Assembly (NCBI GenBank): GCA_014905635.1 | Contig: JABVCE010000008.1 | Coordinates: 496,001 to 560,000 of the forward strand | DNA from: Scenedesmus sp. PABB004 | Taxonomy: Eukaryota | Length of the DNA: 64,000 nt | Direction of reading: 5' to 3' | Shown: positions 21,030 through 33,501 of the stretch, in pieces | Numbering within the stretch: position 1 is the first letter of the stretch | Layout: each line of letters begins with the position of its first letter | Position numbers and translations under genes: made by a program | The notes under the pieces: model-generated | What the model saw: only the letters and a program-made list of their open reading frames with translations | Database searches by the model: none | Told to the model about the DNA's origin: nothing

Positions 21030-24000
21030 GCGCGCCGCCGTCGCGGAACTTGGTGCGCACCAGGTCATACAGCGCGGCCTGGTAGGGCGAGATTGGCACG
21101 CGCAGCACCACCTCGCGCTGCGGGCGCGGCGCGGCGTGCAGGTGGCGGCGGCCGTCGGCGCGCGCGTGCGTCGCGCGGGCCGTGCGCGCGAGCGAGGCCG
21201 GCCGCTGCCGCTTGGAGGGGCGGAGGGGCGGGCGGCGGCGCGGGGGCGTTCGACCTTGGGCGGCAGCTCGGTCGCGACGGCCTCCTTGAGCCGGCGCAGC
21301 ATGAAGGGCCGCAGCACCGCGTGCAGCCGCCCCGAGACGAGCAGATACTCCTCCTGGCTCAGCAGGTCCGCCTCCGCGGACGACCCAGCGACCGCGGCCG
21401 CCGCCGCGCCGCCGGCGTCCCTGCGCGCACGCGCGCCAGCGAGCGCGCAGGGCGCTCGGCGCGCGCGCCGGCGGCGCGCGGGGCGGCCGACGCGGGCGCG
21501 CCGGCGGCGCCGCACCTGATCGCCTGCAGCGGCGCGCCGAACCAGGCGTCAAAGTCGTCGGCGCTGCTGAAGACCTCGGGCATGAGAAAGTTGAGCAGGC
21601 TCCACAGCTCGGCCAGCTTGTTCTGCAGCGGCGTGCCCGTGAGCAGCAGGCGGCTGGTGCTGGTGTAACCGCGCAGCTCCTGCGCGAGCTTGCACTCGGC
21701 GTTCTTGAGCCTGCGCGCCACGGCCGCGGCGGCGGCGCCGCGTGGGCCGGCGGCGCGCGGTCGGCGGCGGCGCGGCAGCATCAACGCCCGCCCTCAACCC
21801 CCGCCATGAGCACCTGTGCCCCTCGTCGACCACGATGCCGGCCCACTTGATGCGCACGAGGCGCGCGCGGTCGGCCGGCGCCATGAGCAGCTCATACGTT
21901 GTGAGCACCACGTCCACGCGCCGCCCCGCCACCTGCGCAGCACGGGCGCGGCGGCGGCGGCGGCGGCGGCGGCGTTCACAGTGAGGCGCCAGCCCGTGCG
22001 CGCAGCCGTTCGCCCGGCCGCGGCTGGCGAGCGGCCGGGCGGCGGCGCCGCCGCGCCCGGGCCTCGCCGGCGCGGCGCACCTGGCGCGCCCAGACCTCGC
22101 CGCGCGCCTCGGCGCTGCCCTTGTACTGCACCACGGCCAGCCCCGGCGCCCAGCGCGCGCACTCGGCTGCCCAGTTGCTGAGCACGGACGCGGGGCAGAC
22201 CACCAGGAAGGGCGGCGACGCGCGCGCGCCCGGCGGCCGCGCCTCGACGCAGTGGCACACCAGCGCGATGACCTGGCGGCGGCGGGCGGCGGGGCGAGTG
22301 AGCGCGCGCGCGCACGCGAGCCGGCCCGCAGCCGACGAGGCGGGCGCGCCGCGTGCTGCCGGCGCACCTGCACCGTCTTGCCCAGGCCCATGTCGTCCGC
22401 CAGAATGCCGTTGAGCCCGCGCTGCGACAGGCCCACCAGCCAGCACAGGCCCTGCGCGCGCGGCGCGGCGCCGTGGGTGGGCCCCGGCGCGGCGCGGCCC
22501 CCAATGCTGCGGACGAGCAGCGCGGCGCGGACGACGCAGCGCGGCGCGCCGCGCCTGCATCTGGTAGTCTCGCAGCTGCCCGCCCGTGAGCATGGCCGGC
22601 TGCGCCGGCACGTCCGCCGGCAGCTGCGCGGCGAGCCGGCCCCACGCGGCGGTGGCGTCCAGCACGCCCGCGCCGCCGCCATCGAGCGCGCCTGCGGGCG
22701 CACGAGCGTGGTGACGCGGCGCGATCCGGCGGGCCCGTGGCCTTGCGGCGGCGCGCCGGCGCGCCGCCGCGCACCCGCGGCGTCCGGGGCGTCCATGCCC
22801 AGCTTGGCGGCGAGCTGGCGCAGGCAGTCATCAGTCTGCCGCAGCACCTCGGCCAGGCGGCTGTTCTTGGCCTCGGCGAGCAGGGCCAGATACTCGCCCA
22901 TGCTCGCGCCGCGCAGCGCCGCGACGCGCGCCGCCGCGGCCGCCTCGCGCCGGCGCTGCGCCTCGGCCGCCTCGCGCTGCGGCGCGGGCGGCCGGGCGGC
23001 CGGCGCGCGCGCGTCGGCGCGGGCGGCGCGCGCGGGCGGCAAGGCAGCGGCCGCGGCGCGGCGGCGGCGCGGCGGGCGCCGCGCACACCTTGTGCCACTC
23101 GCGCACGGCCGCGTTGCGCGTGGCGCGCGCCGCCGCCAGCGCGTGCCGCGCCTGCAGGACCTGCGCGGGCCGGCGCGCGCACGTTGTTTGAGCCGCAGCG
23201 GCATGCAGGACGGCGCTTCGCGCCCGCGGCGCGCCCGCCCGCGCCCGCGCGCCTGCGGGCCGCGGCGCTCGGCTTCCGCCGCCAGGCCGCGCATGGCCGC
23301 GCGCAGGCGCGCGCGCTCGCCGGCGCCCTCCTCGCCGGCGGCGGCCGCCTCGACCTCCACCGCCACGTCGTCCGCGCCCGTGTGCGCCAGCGCCAGGCGC
23401 TCGCGCGCCGCGCGCTGGTGGGGCGCCAGCTTGAGCTGCTTGATGCGCAGCAGCTGCTGCAGCGCCAGCGCGTGCGCGGCGGCGTCGCCCCCGCCGGCGG
23501 CGCCGCGCGCTGCGATGGCCGCCTGGGTTGCCTGCAGGTGCCTGCGCGGCACGTCAGCGGCGCGCGTCAGCAGGGGTGGCGTGCGATCCCCGCGCCTGGA
23601 CCCCCGCCTCACCGCCTCATCGCCACCAGCGCCTCGGTAGCCGCCCCGCCACAGGCACCGCCGCTGGGCGCGTCGGCAACCGCCGCGCTGCAGCGGCCCA
23701 GCCGCGCCTGCACGAGCGCGGGCGGCTCCGCGGCGCCCGGAGGCGCGCCAGCTGCGCGGCGCGCAAGGATATCGCCGCCATCGCTGGTGCGCTCGCGCCA
23801 GCTGCTGCCGTCGCCGTCAGGCTTTGCCGCCGCGTGTGCAGCCGCCGCGACCGCGGCTGCCGCCGCGGTCGGCGGCGGCGCCGGGCCGCTGCACGGCGCG
23901 GAGGCCTCTGCCACCGCCGTTGGCGCCGCCGACAGCTGCAGGTCCAGCTCGCTGGGCCCGGCCGCCTGCGCCGCCGGCGCCACCTGCGCCAGCAGCCATC

Positions 24001-24392
24001 TGCGCGCAGCGTGCGGCGGCGGGCCGAGTTTGCTTGCGCGCAGGTGCGGAGGTGCCGGCGCGCAGCGCACCTGAGCAGCTCGTCCGGCGTGGGCAGCCCC
24101 GGCACGCGGCAGACGGCGCTGCCGCCGGCGGCGTCCCAGCCGCCGTGACAGTGCGCGAGCGCCTGCGCGCGGCGCCCTCACGCGGCGGTTGGCGCAAGCG
24201 CGGCCGGCAGCGCGCGGGCGGCGGCCGCGCTCCCAGGGAGCCACTCACGGTCTCCAGGTGGGGCCTCAGCGCGGCGGACGTGCGGGCGATGCCCGCGGCG
24301 CGCAGAGCGCTGCGCAAGTCGAGCAGCAGCGCCGCGCCCGCGCCGGCGCAGCCGGGCGGCAGGCGCGGAGGCTGCGGGGCGACCGCCTCCAT
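17406..24392 (-). CDS. SNF2/BRM-type chromatin-remodelling ATPase with duplicated C-terminal SAND-like domains, about 19 exons
   Basis: Post-HSA-like [22 protein letters not shown]. Helicase motifs [89 protein letters not shown] and GGFFD. ATG at 24392 is inferred. Confidence 0.9.
17518..18930 (-). repeat. Recent in-frame tandem duplication (about 0.65-0.7 kb units, offset about 780 bp) in the SNF2 last exon
   Basis: About 17518-18160 and about 18220-18930 are near-identical at DNA level. Both encode [20 protein letters not shown]. Confidence 0.9.
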
Positions 24393-24836
24393 GGCGGCTA
24401 CGGCCGCGGAGCAGCAGATCGGGCCGTGGCGGCAGCGGCGCGGCGCAGCGAGCAGCGCATCGCTCGCTGAGCTTGCCGCGGCCTGGCGGCGCCTGTGCAC
24501 GCGCTGGCGCTCCGCTGGCGCGCGCGGGGAGTGCAAGGTAGTTCAGGGAGCCGCGAGCTCCGTCCGCGCGGGCTGCTGGGGGCGGAGCTGCCGCCGAGCG
24601 CCGGCGCGCGCTCGCGCTGCTGCCCACGGCGCGCGGCTGCGGCGGCAGCCTCGCCTGACCGCGCGGTCGCTGCGCTGAGCTGCGACTGCGACTGCGGTGC
24701 GGCCGCAGGAGGCCGCGAGGCGCGCGCACGCGCACGCCATTCGAAAGCCGCTGCGGTTCAGACTCGGAGCCGTTACGCCACGTGCCGCCGCCGCCCCCGC
24801 GCAGTGCTGCCGCCGCCCCCGGTCGTGCCGCCGCGC

Positions 24837-25768
24837 TCAGGGGAGGGTGCGCTGGTACGGCGCGGGCGCGCCCAGCTGCGCGCGCTCGGTGCGCTCCGCC
24901 TTGATCTCGTCCAGGGTGTCCTGCGAGGTGCGCGCGCGTGGGCCCCCCGCGATCACAGCGCCGCCGCTGGGCGGTCCCTCGCCGCCGCCGCCACAAGCGG
25001 GCTGCCCGCGCCCCGCCGCCGCACCTGCAGGTACGAGGCGAACGGCGTCTGCTTGGCCTGCAGGTCCTCCGGCAGCGTGGTGCCCTTGAGGCTGAGGTCC
25101 ATCGCGCGCTTGAGCCGCGCGTTGCGCGCGACCACGACGTCCGCCGGCAGCCGGCGCAGCGCCTCCGCCACGTCCTGCGCCAGGCGCGCGCGGGCGCGGT
25201 GAGCCCGCGCCGCCGCCGCGCAGCACCTCCTGCCGCCGTTTCCGCGGCCGCCGGCCCGTCGCAGCCGCCTGCCCTGTTCTCGCTCCCGTCCTGTGCTCCC
25301 TCGCTGTGCCGCGCGCGCGCCCCTCGCTGCCTCCCCCTCTGCCCCCCCCCCCCCCGCCCCCCTCCCACCCCCCCCCCCCCCCTGCCGCCACCGCGACGCG
25401 CGGGGGCGCGCACCAGGTCCATCATGGGGTCGTACAGGTCGTCGTAGCGCAGGCCATACTGCTTGAGGTTGGAGGCCAGGCTCGCGCGGTAGCGCGTCGC
25501 CGCCCACTCCACAAACGGCGAGAACATGCGCGCCAGGGCCTGCGGTGCGCAGCGCCGGCGGCAACGGTGGGCGCTGCTGCTGCTGCTGCTGTCGCGGCGC
25601 CCGCCCGCGCGCGGATGCGGCGGCCTGCTCGGCCTGCCGCGCGCTCCGGGCCGGTGCCTGGCACGGCCTGCACCCGCCGGCGCCGCCAGGCACGCCCGCG
25701 GCTGCTGGAATTGGCGCCAGCGGGCGCGAGCAATCTGGCAGCAGCAGCACGCCCCGCCCGCGCACCAT
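24837..25768 (-). CDS. QCR7: Cytochrome b-c1 complex subunit 7 (14 kDa), 4 exons
   Basis: M|ALARMFSPF...LKQYGLRYDDLYDPMMDL|DVAEALRRLP...RNARLKRAMDLSLK...QTPFASYLQ|DTLDEIKAERTERAQLG...YQRTLP. Confidence 0.92.
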
Positions 25769-26322
25769 GGTGGCGCCCCTGCTGCTGCACGCCGCCGACC
25801 AAGCGTCCTGCAGGCGTGCGAGGCGCCAGCGCGCGTGAGGCGCGCGGGCGCGCCGCGCGGGCGAGGGCAGCGTGCGCGGGTCGGCCCGCCGCGCGCGCTG
25901 GCCCGGCGCTCGCGCATCCTGGCACGGCGTCAGCCGTGAGACCACCACCAACGCACCCTGGGCTGGACCGAGCGCGGGGGGCTGCGGCGTGCGCGGCGTG
26001 GGCGCGCGATCGACCCTCGTCCGGCTCCGTCACGCTGCTCCTGGCGCGTGGTGCGGACGGGTGTGCCGCGGACGACGGGGGCGGCGCTGGCGGGCACGCC
26101 GGCAGGGGCCCCCTGAGCCGCCGCGGCGCGCCGCGCCCGAGCCCTGCGCCGCTGCTGGCGCTGCCGCCGCTCTCCGCAGGCGCCGCTCGCCAGCCGCCCG
26201 CTATTTCCGCAGCAGCACCGACCGCGCAGTCTCCAGCTGGAGAGGTCGTGCCTTTTGTCGACACACCGCGGGCGCCGCAACCGCTGCTGCCGTCCGCTCG
26301 CCGCGGGCGCGGCGGCGGCCCG

Positions 26323-28563
26323 ATGCTGCGCCGCGCCCCGCAGATCGGCGCTGCCCTGGCGCCGCTCCTGGGACCGCTGGGCGCGGCGCGCGCGCTCGCG
26401 GCGAGCGCGGCGCCGCCGCCGAAGCGGTGCGTGCTGCTCGCGGGGCGGCGGCGGCCGCGCCTCACACGCCGCCGCCGCCGCTGCCGCCGTCAGCCGCCGC
26501 CGCCTCACACGCAGCCGCCGCCGCCTCACACGCCGCCGCGCACGCGGCCGCACGCCCAGGTACGACGTGATCGTGGCGGGCCTCGGCGCGCACGGCTCGG
26601 CGTGCCTGTTTCACCTCGCGCGCTGGGGCTCGCGCGTGCTCGGGCTCGAGCGCTTCAATTCGCTCAGCAACGCCCGCGCGTCGCACCACGGCGAGAGCCG
26701 CATTACGCGCATGGCCTACATGGAAGGCCCCGCGTACGTCCCGCTGCTGCGCAAGGCGTTCGAGTGCGTGAGCGCGCTGGAGCGCGAGACGCAACAGGCG
26801 CGGCGGCGGCCCGCGGCGGCGGCGCCGGGCAGCACGCGGACAGCCTTCGGGCGGCGGGCGGGCCTGCGCCGTGCCGGTGCGCCGCGCGCCTGCGAGCGCG
26901 GGCGCCGCCACCGCCGCCGCCGCCGCCGCCGCGGGGCAGACGCTGTACCACCAGACGGGCTGCCTCAACATCGGCGACCCCATCGCCGCCGCGGCGCGCG
27001 CGACGGCGGTGGACCAGCAGCTGCCGCACGAGATGCTCACGGGCGCGCAGGCGCAGCGGCGCTGGCCAGGTGGGCGGCCGGGCGCGGGCGCGCGGCACGG
27101 CCGGCGCCGCGGGCGCCGAGTGCGCCGGCCGCCCGCACCCTCACAGGGCTGCAGCTGCGGCCAGACACGTCCGTGCTGTTCGAAGAGGTGCGGCGGCAGC
27201 GCCGGCGGCGGCACCAGCGCGGTGCTCGCACGCGCGCGCGCCGCGCGTGAGCGAGCCGGCCGTGCCGCGCGCCGCGCGCACAGACCGCGGGCATTCTGGA
27301 GCCAGAGAAGATGATCCAGGCGCACCTGCTGCGTGCGTGGTACCACGGCGCGCACGTCAAGACCGGCGAGGCGGTGCGGCGCGGCCGCCGGGCGCGCCGC
27401 GCGGGCCGCGGCCGGCGCGCGGGGCTCGTGCGACGAGCCACGCGCTTGACGTGGCCGCGCGCCGCGTGCCGCGCAGGTGCTGGCCTGGGAGCCGCTGCCG
27501 GACGGCGGCGTCGCGGTGGCCACCGAGTCGGGCACGTACCACGCGGACCGCCTCGTCCTGGCGGGCGGGGCGTGGATGGCGCAGCTGGTGCCGGAGCTCG
27601 AGGTGCGCGGCTGGCCACGGCGCCCAACCGCGGCGGCGGCGGCAGCGCGCGGCGGCGGCGGCGCGGCGCGCAGCCCACAGCCCACGCGCGCATCCCCGCC
27701 GCCGCCGCCGCAGGGCCTCTGCGTGCCCGGCCGCGCAACGGTGGGGTGGTTTGCCCCCACCACCGCGCCGGGGTCGTACGCCGGCCTCCCGGTCTACCTG
27801 CTGCAGGCCGACGGCGTGGCGGAGCCATTCTACGGCTTCCCTGAGTTTGGCAAGACCCCGGGTGCGCGCGCGGCCTAAACCCTAAAGGCCGGCCCGCGTG
27901 GGGGCGCGCGGCGCACCTCTCGGCCGCCACTCGCTCAGCCCCCGCCCAGCCGCCGCTCGGCCCCCGCTCAGCCGCCGCTCGGCCGTCGCCCAGCCGTCGC
28001 TCGGCCGCCGCGCGCCGCGCCGCGCGCCGCCGCGGCAGGCGTGAAGATCGGCAAGTTCTGCGTCTCGGCCGCGTGCGACCCCGACGCGCTCGACCGCGAG
28101 CAGCGGCCGGACGACGTCGCGCCGCTGCGCGCCGCGCTCGCCGCGCACCTGCCCGGCGCGGCCGGCGCGCTGCTGGGCTTTGCGGCGTGCATGTTCACGA
28201 TGACGCCCGACGGTCATTTCATCATCGACGCCCACCCGCGCCACCCGCAGGCGCGCGCGGCGCGGGCCGCGCGGCCGGCGGGCCTCGCCGCGCCGCGCCG
28301 CGTGCGCGGTGACGCACGGCGCGCCTCCGCGGCGCGGCGCCAACGCCGCCCGCCTCCGCGCCGCGCGCGCGCAGGTCTTAATTGCGTCGGCCTGCAGCGG
28401 GCACGGCTTCAAGCTGTCGCCGGCAGTCGGCCTCATCCTGGCAGACATGGCTCGCAACGGCGGCGCAGCCGCCGAGTTCTCGGACGCGCTGCAGCTCTTC
28501 CGGCTGCGCCGCGACCGCCCGGGGCACGCGGCGGCGCTCGACCGCTTCGCCGCCGCGGCGTGA
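26323..28563 (+). CDS. Monomeric sarcosine oxidase / N-methyl-L-tryptophan oxidase-like flavoprotein (DAO family), multi-exon
   Basis: YDVIVAGLGAHGSA, SHHGESRITRMAY, FYGFP, ACMFTMTPDGHFIID and SACSGHGFK. N-terminus resembles an organellar presequence. Confidence 0.9.
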
Positions 28564-28960
28564 GCGGCCGCCGGCGCGCCGCCGCGGCGGGCGGCGCGAT
28601 AGGCCAGGAGCGCGAGCAGCGGGCATGGAGCAGAGGGCCTCGAGGCTGGGGGAGGGGAGCAACGGGCCGGGCGGCGGCGGGGGCCGGCGGAGCACTGCGC
28701 TGGCCCACGGCAGGCGCGGGCGGGGGACTGCAGCAAACGCTGTGTGGGACTGCGCGGCCCCTTGATCGGCGGGGCAGCCACACGTCTGTCGGTCTCGTTC
28801 ACTGAGAGCGTTCTGAAGCCCAAGCAATCTCCATGCATCACCGCAATCGAGTGCGCGCGCGCCCTAACGCACGCGCCTGCCAAACATTGGAACGACCGGC
28901 CGAGCGCGGCCGCCGCGCGAGCCGGCGCCGCAGCCGCCAGGGCCCGGCCGACCGCCCGCG

Positions 28961-31627
28961 TCACAGGGTGCCAAACGCGCACGTCGCGCTGGGCTCGCGC
29001 TGCAGCGCCGCCCAGCCGGCGCGGCTGAAGAGCACGGCGCCGCTGTCCAGCGTGTTGGCCGCGACGCTGCCAGCCGCTGGACCGCTGCCCCGCGCCGCCG
29101 CCACCGTGGCCGCCACCGCCGCCATGGCCGAGCCAGCGGGCGGGGTGGTGACTGCGGCGCTTGCCTGGTCCCACGAGCCCACACGCTCCGCGCCCCAGTC
29201 CCTGCCAAACGCATCACCGCCGGCGTCGATGGCCGGCTGCGTGTTCACGCCACTCAGGCTGGCGCCAAGCAGGGCGGGGTTGGCGCCCTCGCTGGCGCTC
29301 CCCGCGCTGGCGCTGCTCGTCAGCTGGCTCCGCAGCACGCCGCCGCAGGGCCCCGGCGGCCTGTTGCCGGCCGCGGCGCGCGCGCTGTCTGCCATCTGGT
29401 CGCTGCTGCCGCCAGCGCTGGCGCGCGTGCACACCACGAGCCCGGCGCGCATGCTCGGGCCGCCCGCACCGCCGGCGCCACCGCCGCCGGCACCGCCCGC
29501 CGCAGCGCTGCCTGCGCCCGCCTCCGAGGGCAGCGGGGAGCCGCCGCTGCTGCGCGCCGCCGCCTGGGCCCGGCGCAGGCGCGGCCCCAGCCCGGCGCCG
29601 CCGCCGACGTCGTCCCCAGACGCAGGCGGCGGGCGCGCGCGCGGCGTGCCCCCCGCCGCCGCCTGCCAGGCGTCGCCGCTGCCGCCGAACGAGCCGCGCA
29701 GCGTGCACGCGACCACCGGCGGCATGTCCAGGTCCTGCACGCACTGCGCGCGCGCGCGGCGCGCCCGGGCGCTGCTGATCGCCCCGCCGCGGCCCGCGTC
29801 GTCGTTGTCGTCGTCTCCCGCCTCCAGCAGCGGCACGCCGTCCTCCGAGAGCAGGTTGTCAATGACGCTGTGGCTCATGTGCATCGCAGCCGACGCGCGC
29901 GGGCTCGGGGGCGTGTCGTCGCCGAGCGCGCGCGAGCGCGCGCGCGGCACGCGCAGCGGCGACAGCATCACGGGCAGCACCTCCCAGCCAGCGTCGCGCG
30001 CGCCCGCCGCGGCGTCGTCAGCGCCCGGCGGCGGCGCCAGGCCCTCCAGCCCCGCCAGGCGGCCCTCGCGCAGCTGCCGCTCAAAGGGACTGCCGCTGCC
30101 AGCAGCGCTGTCGCCCGAGTCGAGCCCGGGCCACCCGCCCGCGCCGGCGCTGGCGCCTGCGCCGAGCAGGGCCCAGCCCTCGGCCGCGCCGGCGGCGGCC
30201 TCGCCGGCGGCGGCCGGCCCTGGCATGATGGCCGCCAGGCGCCCGCCGCGGCCGTCGCGGCCCGTACGCGCCGACGCAAAGCTGCTGCTGCCGGTGGACG
30301 CGGCGCCGCCGTCGTCGCTGAGGCCGCCGCCGGTGACCCAGGCGCCGCCCGAGGAGCTGCTGGTGGGCTCAATGACCAGACCGCTGCTGGTGTCCGCGCT
30401 GCAGCTGGCGGCGCCGGCCGCGCTGCCCTGGCTGCGGCAGGCGCCGCCGGCGCCGGGGCCGGTGGCCGCGCCCGCGGCGGCGACGTAGTCAGCGACCGTC
30501 GCCTCTGAGAAGCTCACCCGCCGGGCGCCGCGCTCACCGGCGGCGGGCGGCGCCGGCCTGCCAGCGCCGGCAGCACCGCCAGGCGGGCGCGGCGCGCGCG
30601 GCTGCTGCTCCGCGTGCGGCGCCGCCTGCTCGCGCGCGGGCGCGCCGCCGGCGGCCAGCTGGTCGCGGTGGACGCGCGCGCCTCCCGGCGCGTCGGCGCC
30701 GCCACTGCCTGCCGCGCGCAGCTGCTGCTGCGGGCCCTTGGCCGGCAGCCGCAGTCCCGGCAGCGGCTTCAGCTGGCTCGGGTCCAGCAGCGGCCCGGCC
30801 ACCGCCGCCAGCGGCTCGTCGCCAGTGGCGTGCCGCGCCTCGTCCGGCCGGCGCACCGCGCCATCCCTGCCGCCGCCGGGCGCCGCGTCGCCGGGGTCGA
30901 GCAGGCGCGGCAGCAGCTCCAGCGCCGCTGCCGGCCGGGGCTCGGGCTCGCCGGGCGGCTGCGGGCTGCGGCGCGTGAGCTCCGCGACGACGAGGCGCTG
31001 GTGCAGGCTGCTGGTGAAGGGGCTGCTGCGCAGGCTCGGCGGCGGGCTGGGGCTCGCGCCGCGCGCCGCCGGCCGGCGCTCCGGCGCGGGCGAGGGCGGC
31101 GCGCTGCCGGTGTGCGCGCGGCGCCGCAGTGCGAGCCCCGCGTCCGCCGCCGGGGGCGCGCCGCTGCCGCGCAGCGGGCTCCGCGGCGGCAGCGGCCGCA
31201 CCGGCGCCACGACGACGACGGCTGGCGCCGCTGGCGCCGCTGGCGCCAGCTGCCGTGGCGCTGGCGGCGCGCGCAGCGGCGGCGCGTCCTCCTCGTCGTC
31301 CAGCAGGCTCGTTGCGGGGCCGGCCGCCGTCGGCGGCCCGGCCGCGGCGCCGGCGTCCGCGCCCGGCGCGAGCGCGGGCGGCGCTGCCTCCGCTGCGGGC
31401 GCGCCGGCGCCGCCGGGGCGCGCAGGCGGCGGCGCCGCGACGGCGCCCGCCGCCGACTCGCCGCCGCTGCCCGGCGGCTCGAAGCGGTCGTCCACGTCCG
31501 CCGGCGTCGACGCGCCGGCGAGGCAGCAGAGCAGCAGCCGCGGCGGCCACCGCGCGCGCTGGCCGGGCGCGGCGCCGCCGGGCGAGCCCGCGCGGCGCGG
31601 CGCGCCCGGGCGCGGCGCGGCCTGCAT
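28961..31627 (-). CDS. Hypothetical low-complexity protein (about 888 aa), apparently intronless
   Basis: Long open frame with plausible content (acidic tracts, LLLCCL, RRVSF). It fills the gap between the sarcosine oxidase and DCN1 genes. No domain recognised, and the start codon is uncertain. Confidence 0.55.
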   Translation of the reverse strand: MQAAPRPGAPRRAGSPGGAAPGQRARWPPRLLLCCLAGASTPADVDDRFEPPGSGGESAAGAVAAPPPARPGGAGAPAAEAAPPALAPGADAGAAAGPPTAAGPATSLLDDEEDAPPLRAPPAPRQLAPAAPAAPAVVVVAPVRPLPPRSPLRGSGAPPAADAGLALRRRAHTGSAPPSPAPERRPAARGASPSPPPSLRSSPFTSSLHQRLVVAELTRRSPQPPGEPEPRPAAALELLPRLLDPGDAAPGGGRDGAVRRPDEARHATGDEPLAAVAGPLLDPSQLKPLPGLRLPAKGPQQQLRAAGSGGADAPGGARVHRDQLAAGGAPAREQAAPHAEQQPRAPRPPGGAAGAGRPAPPAAGERGARRVSFSEATVADYVAAAGAATGPGAGGACRSQGSAAGAASCSADTSSGLVIEPTSSSSGGAWVTGGGLSDDGGAASTGSSSFASARTGRDGRGGRLAAIMPGPAAAGEAAAGAAEGWALLGAGASAGAGGWPGLDSGDSAAGSGSPFERQLREGRLAGLEGLAPPPGADDAAAGARDAGWEVLPVMLSPLRVPRARSRALGDDTPPSPRASAAMHMSHSVIDNLLSEDGVPLLEAGDDDNDDAGRGGAISSARARRARAQCVQDLDMPPVVACTLRGSFGGSGDAWQAAAGGTPRARPPPASGDDVGGGAGLGPRLRRAQAAARSSGGSPLPSEAGAGSAAAGGAGGGGAGGAGGPSMRAGLVVCTRASAGGSSDQMADSARAAAGNRPPGPCGGVLRSQLTSSASAGSASEGANPALLGASLSGVNTQPAIDAGGDAFGRDWGAERVGSWDQASAAVTTPPAGSAMAAVAATVAAARGSGPAAGSVAANTLDSGAVLFSRAGWAALQREPSATCAFGTL

Positions 31628-32085
31628 CGCGCGCCGCCACCTGCCGTGGGAGACCGACAGCAGGTAATCGCTCTCTTTGCCGCGCGAGGGCGCTCGCGGA
31701 GCGGCGGGGGCTGCGACGGCGCAGGGAGCTGCGAGCGACGACGCGTGCGTCGGCGGCGCGGCGCCCGGCTCTGCCAGATCGCTGCCGTGCTCGCGGACGG
31801 GGCGGGAGTCCGGCGCGATCGACGGGGGGCGCAGGCGCGGCGCCGGTGCGGCGGTTTGCGTTTTTGGCTTTGACGGTTGACGGTCGGGCCGGGGGGCAAC
31901 GCGCGTGTCAACTTCGCCTGCCTGGCCCCGCCCCGCCCCGCCCTGCCCTGCCCTGTGCCAGCCGGCGGCCGCGCGCGCGCGCGCGCGCTGCGCCTGCAGC
32001 GCGCCGCCGCGACCGCGGCCGCCGCGGCCCCGCCCCGCCCCGCCCGCCGCGCCGCGCCGCTCCGCGCCGCCGCCGCGCCGCCGGC

Positions 32086-33501
32086 TCAGGCGTCGACGGC
32101 CATGCCGCCCTTCTCCTTCATGAAGTCCACGAACTCGTCCATGAGGTAGGGCCACGCGCCGGCCTCGTCAAAGTTTGAAAAGTCGGGCTTGATTTGCCGC
32201 GCAAACTCAAACAGCTGCACCCACGTGTCGCGGCTGATCGCGCGGTTGTGGTGCTCGGTGAGGAACTCGCACCACTCGTCGATGTACTGCCAGCGCCGCT
32301 CGTCGGCGTACAGCAGCTGCCACATCGCGAGCGCCGTGTCTATCTGCAAGCACTTCTGGCCCTTCTGCGCGGCGCGCCGCGCGGCGCGGGGCGGCGCGGG
32401 GCGGCGCGGGGCGGGCTCAGCGGGCTCAGCACGCGCGCCCGCGCGCCCGCGCGTCCTGCAAGCCCCCCGCTCGCAGGACGCGCCGCCGCGCCGCCGCGCG
32501 CCGCGCCGGACCGCACCTCGCGCGCCCAGGCAAAGGCAAAGTTGTAGACCTCCTGGAAGCGCGCGGGGTCGCGCAGCTCGGCGCGCAGCTCCGGCAGCTT
32601 CGCGCGCAGCTTGTCGACGCTGTCGACGCCCAGCCGCGACAGCCCGCCGACCCACTCGTCGCGTGTGTACTCGCACATTATGTTGGCGTTGAGGTGGCAC
32701 GACAGCACCAGCTGCGCCGCGGCCGCGGCGGCGCGCGTGAGGGCGGCCCGGCGGCGCAGCGTGCGGCGCGGCGCGCGGTGGCTGGGGCGGCGCGGCGCGG
32801 CGGCGCGCGGCCCGGCGCGCACCAGCACGATGTCAGTCGGCTCCACGCCGAGGTCGTCACACAGCCGGCTGATGCCGTCGGCCATGATCAGGTCGTGGTG
32901 CGCGTCTGCGCCGCGGCGGCAACCGGGCGGCGCGCGGGTCAGCCGGGGGCGCCGCCCGCCGCCCGCCGCCCGCCGCGCCTGCCCTCCCGCAGGGGGCTGC
33001 CGCCGCGCGCACTGCCTGCCGCCGCGGCGCGGCGCGGCGGCGCGTGCGGGCGGCGCGCGGCCGGGCCGTGCGGGCGTCGCGGGGCCGGGCCGCACCCTTG
33101 TACTTGGCGTACAGCGCCTCGATGTTGCGCGTGTCGGCCGCCGCGGGGCCGCTGCCCTGCATGCCGAGCGCGAAGAACACCTCGATGCCGCCCTCCACGC
33201 TCCATGCCGCCTGCTTGAGGCACTCGATGGCCTGCTTGTCGCTGCGCGGCGGCCGGCGCGCCGCGGCGCGCGCAGCGTGGGCGCAGCGCGGCGGCGCCGG
33301 CGGGCGGCGCGGCCGCAGCCGGGGCGCGGCGCGCGCACGCGGGCCCCGCCCGCACGTGGAGCCGGTGATGGACCGGAACTGCGTGACCTTGTCCTTCTGC
33401 TGCCGGTTGAGCCGGTTCTGGGGGCGCGGGCGGGCGCGGGTGGGCGCGCGCCGCCGCTGCTGCGGCGCGCGCGGCGCCCCCGCGCCGCGCCGGCGCACCA
33501 T
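32086..33501 (-). CDS. DCN1: DCN1-like protein (UBA-like + PONY cullin-neddylation domain), 6 exons
   Basis: M|NRLNRQQKDKVTQFRSITGS...AIECLKQAAWSVEGGIEVFF...DGISRLCDDLGVEP...VYNFAFAWARE|KGQKCL...AISRDTWVQLFEF...DEAGAWPYLMDEFV. Confidence 0.93.
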
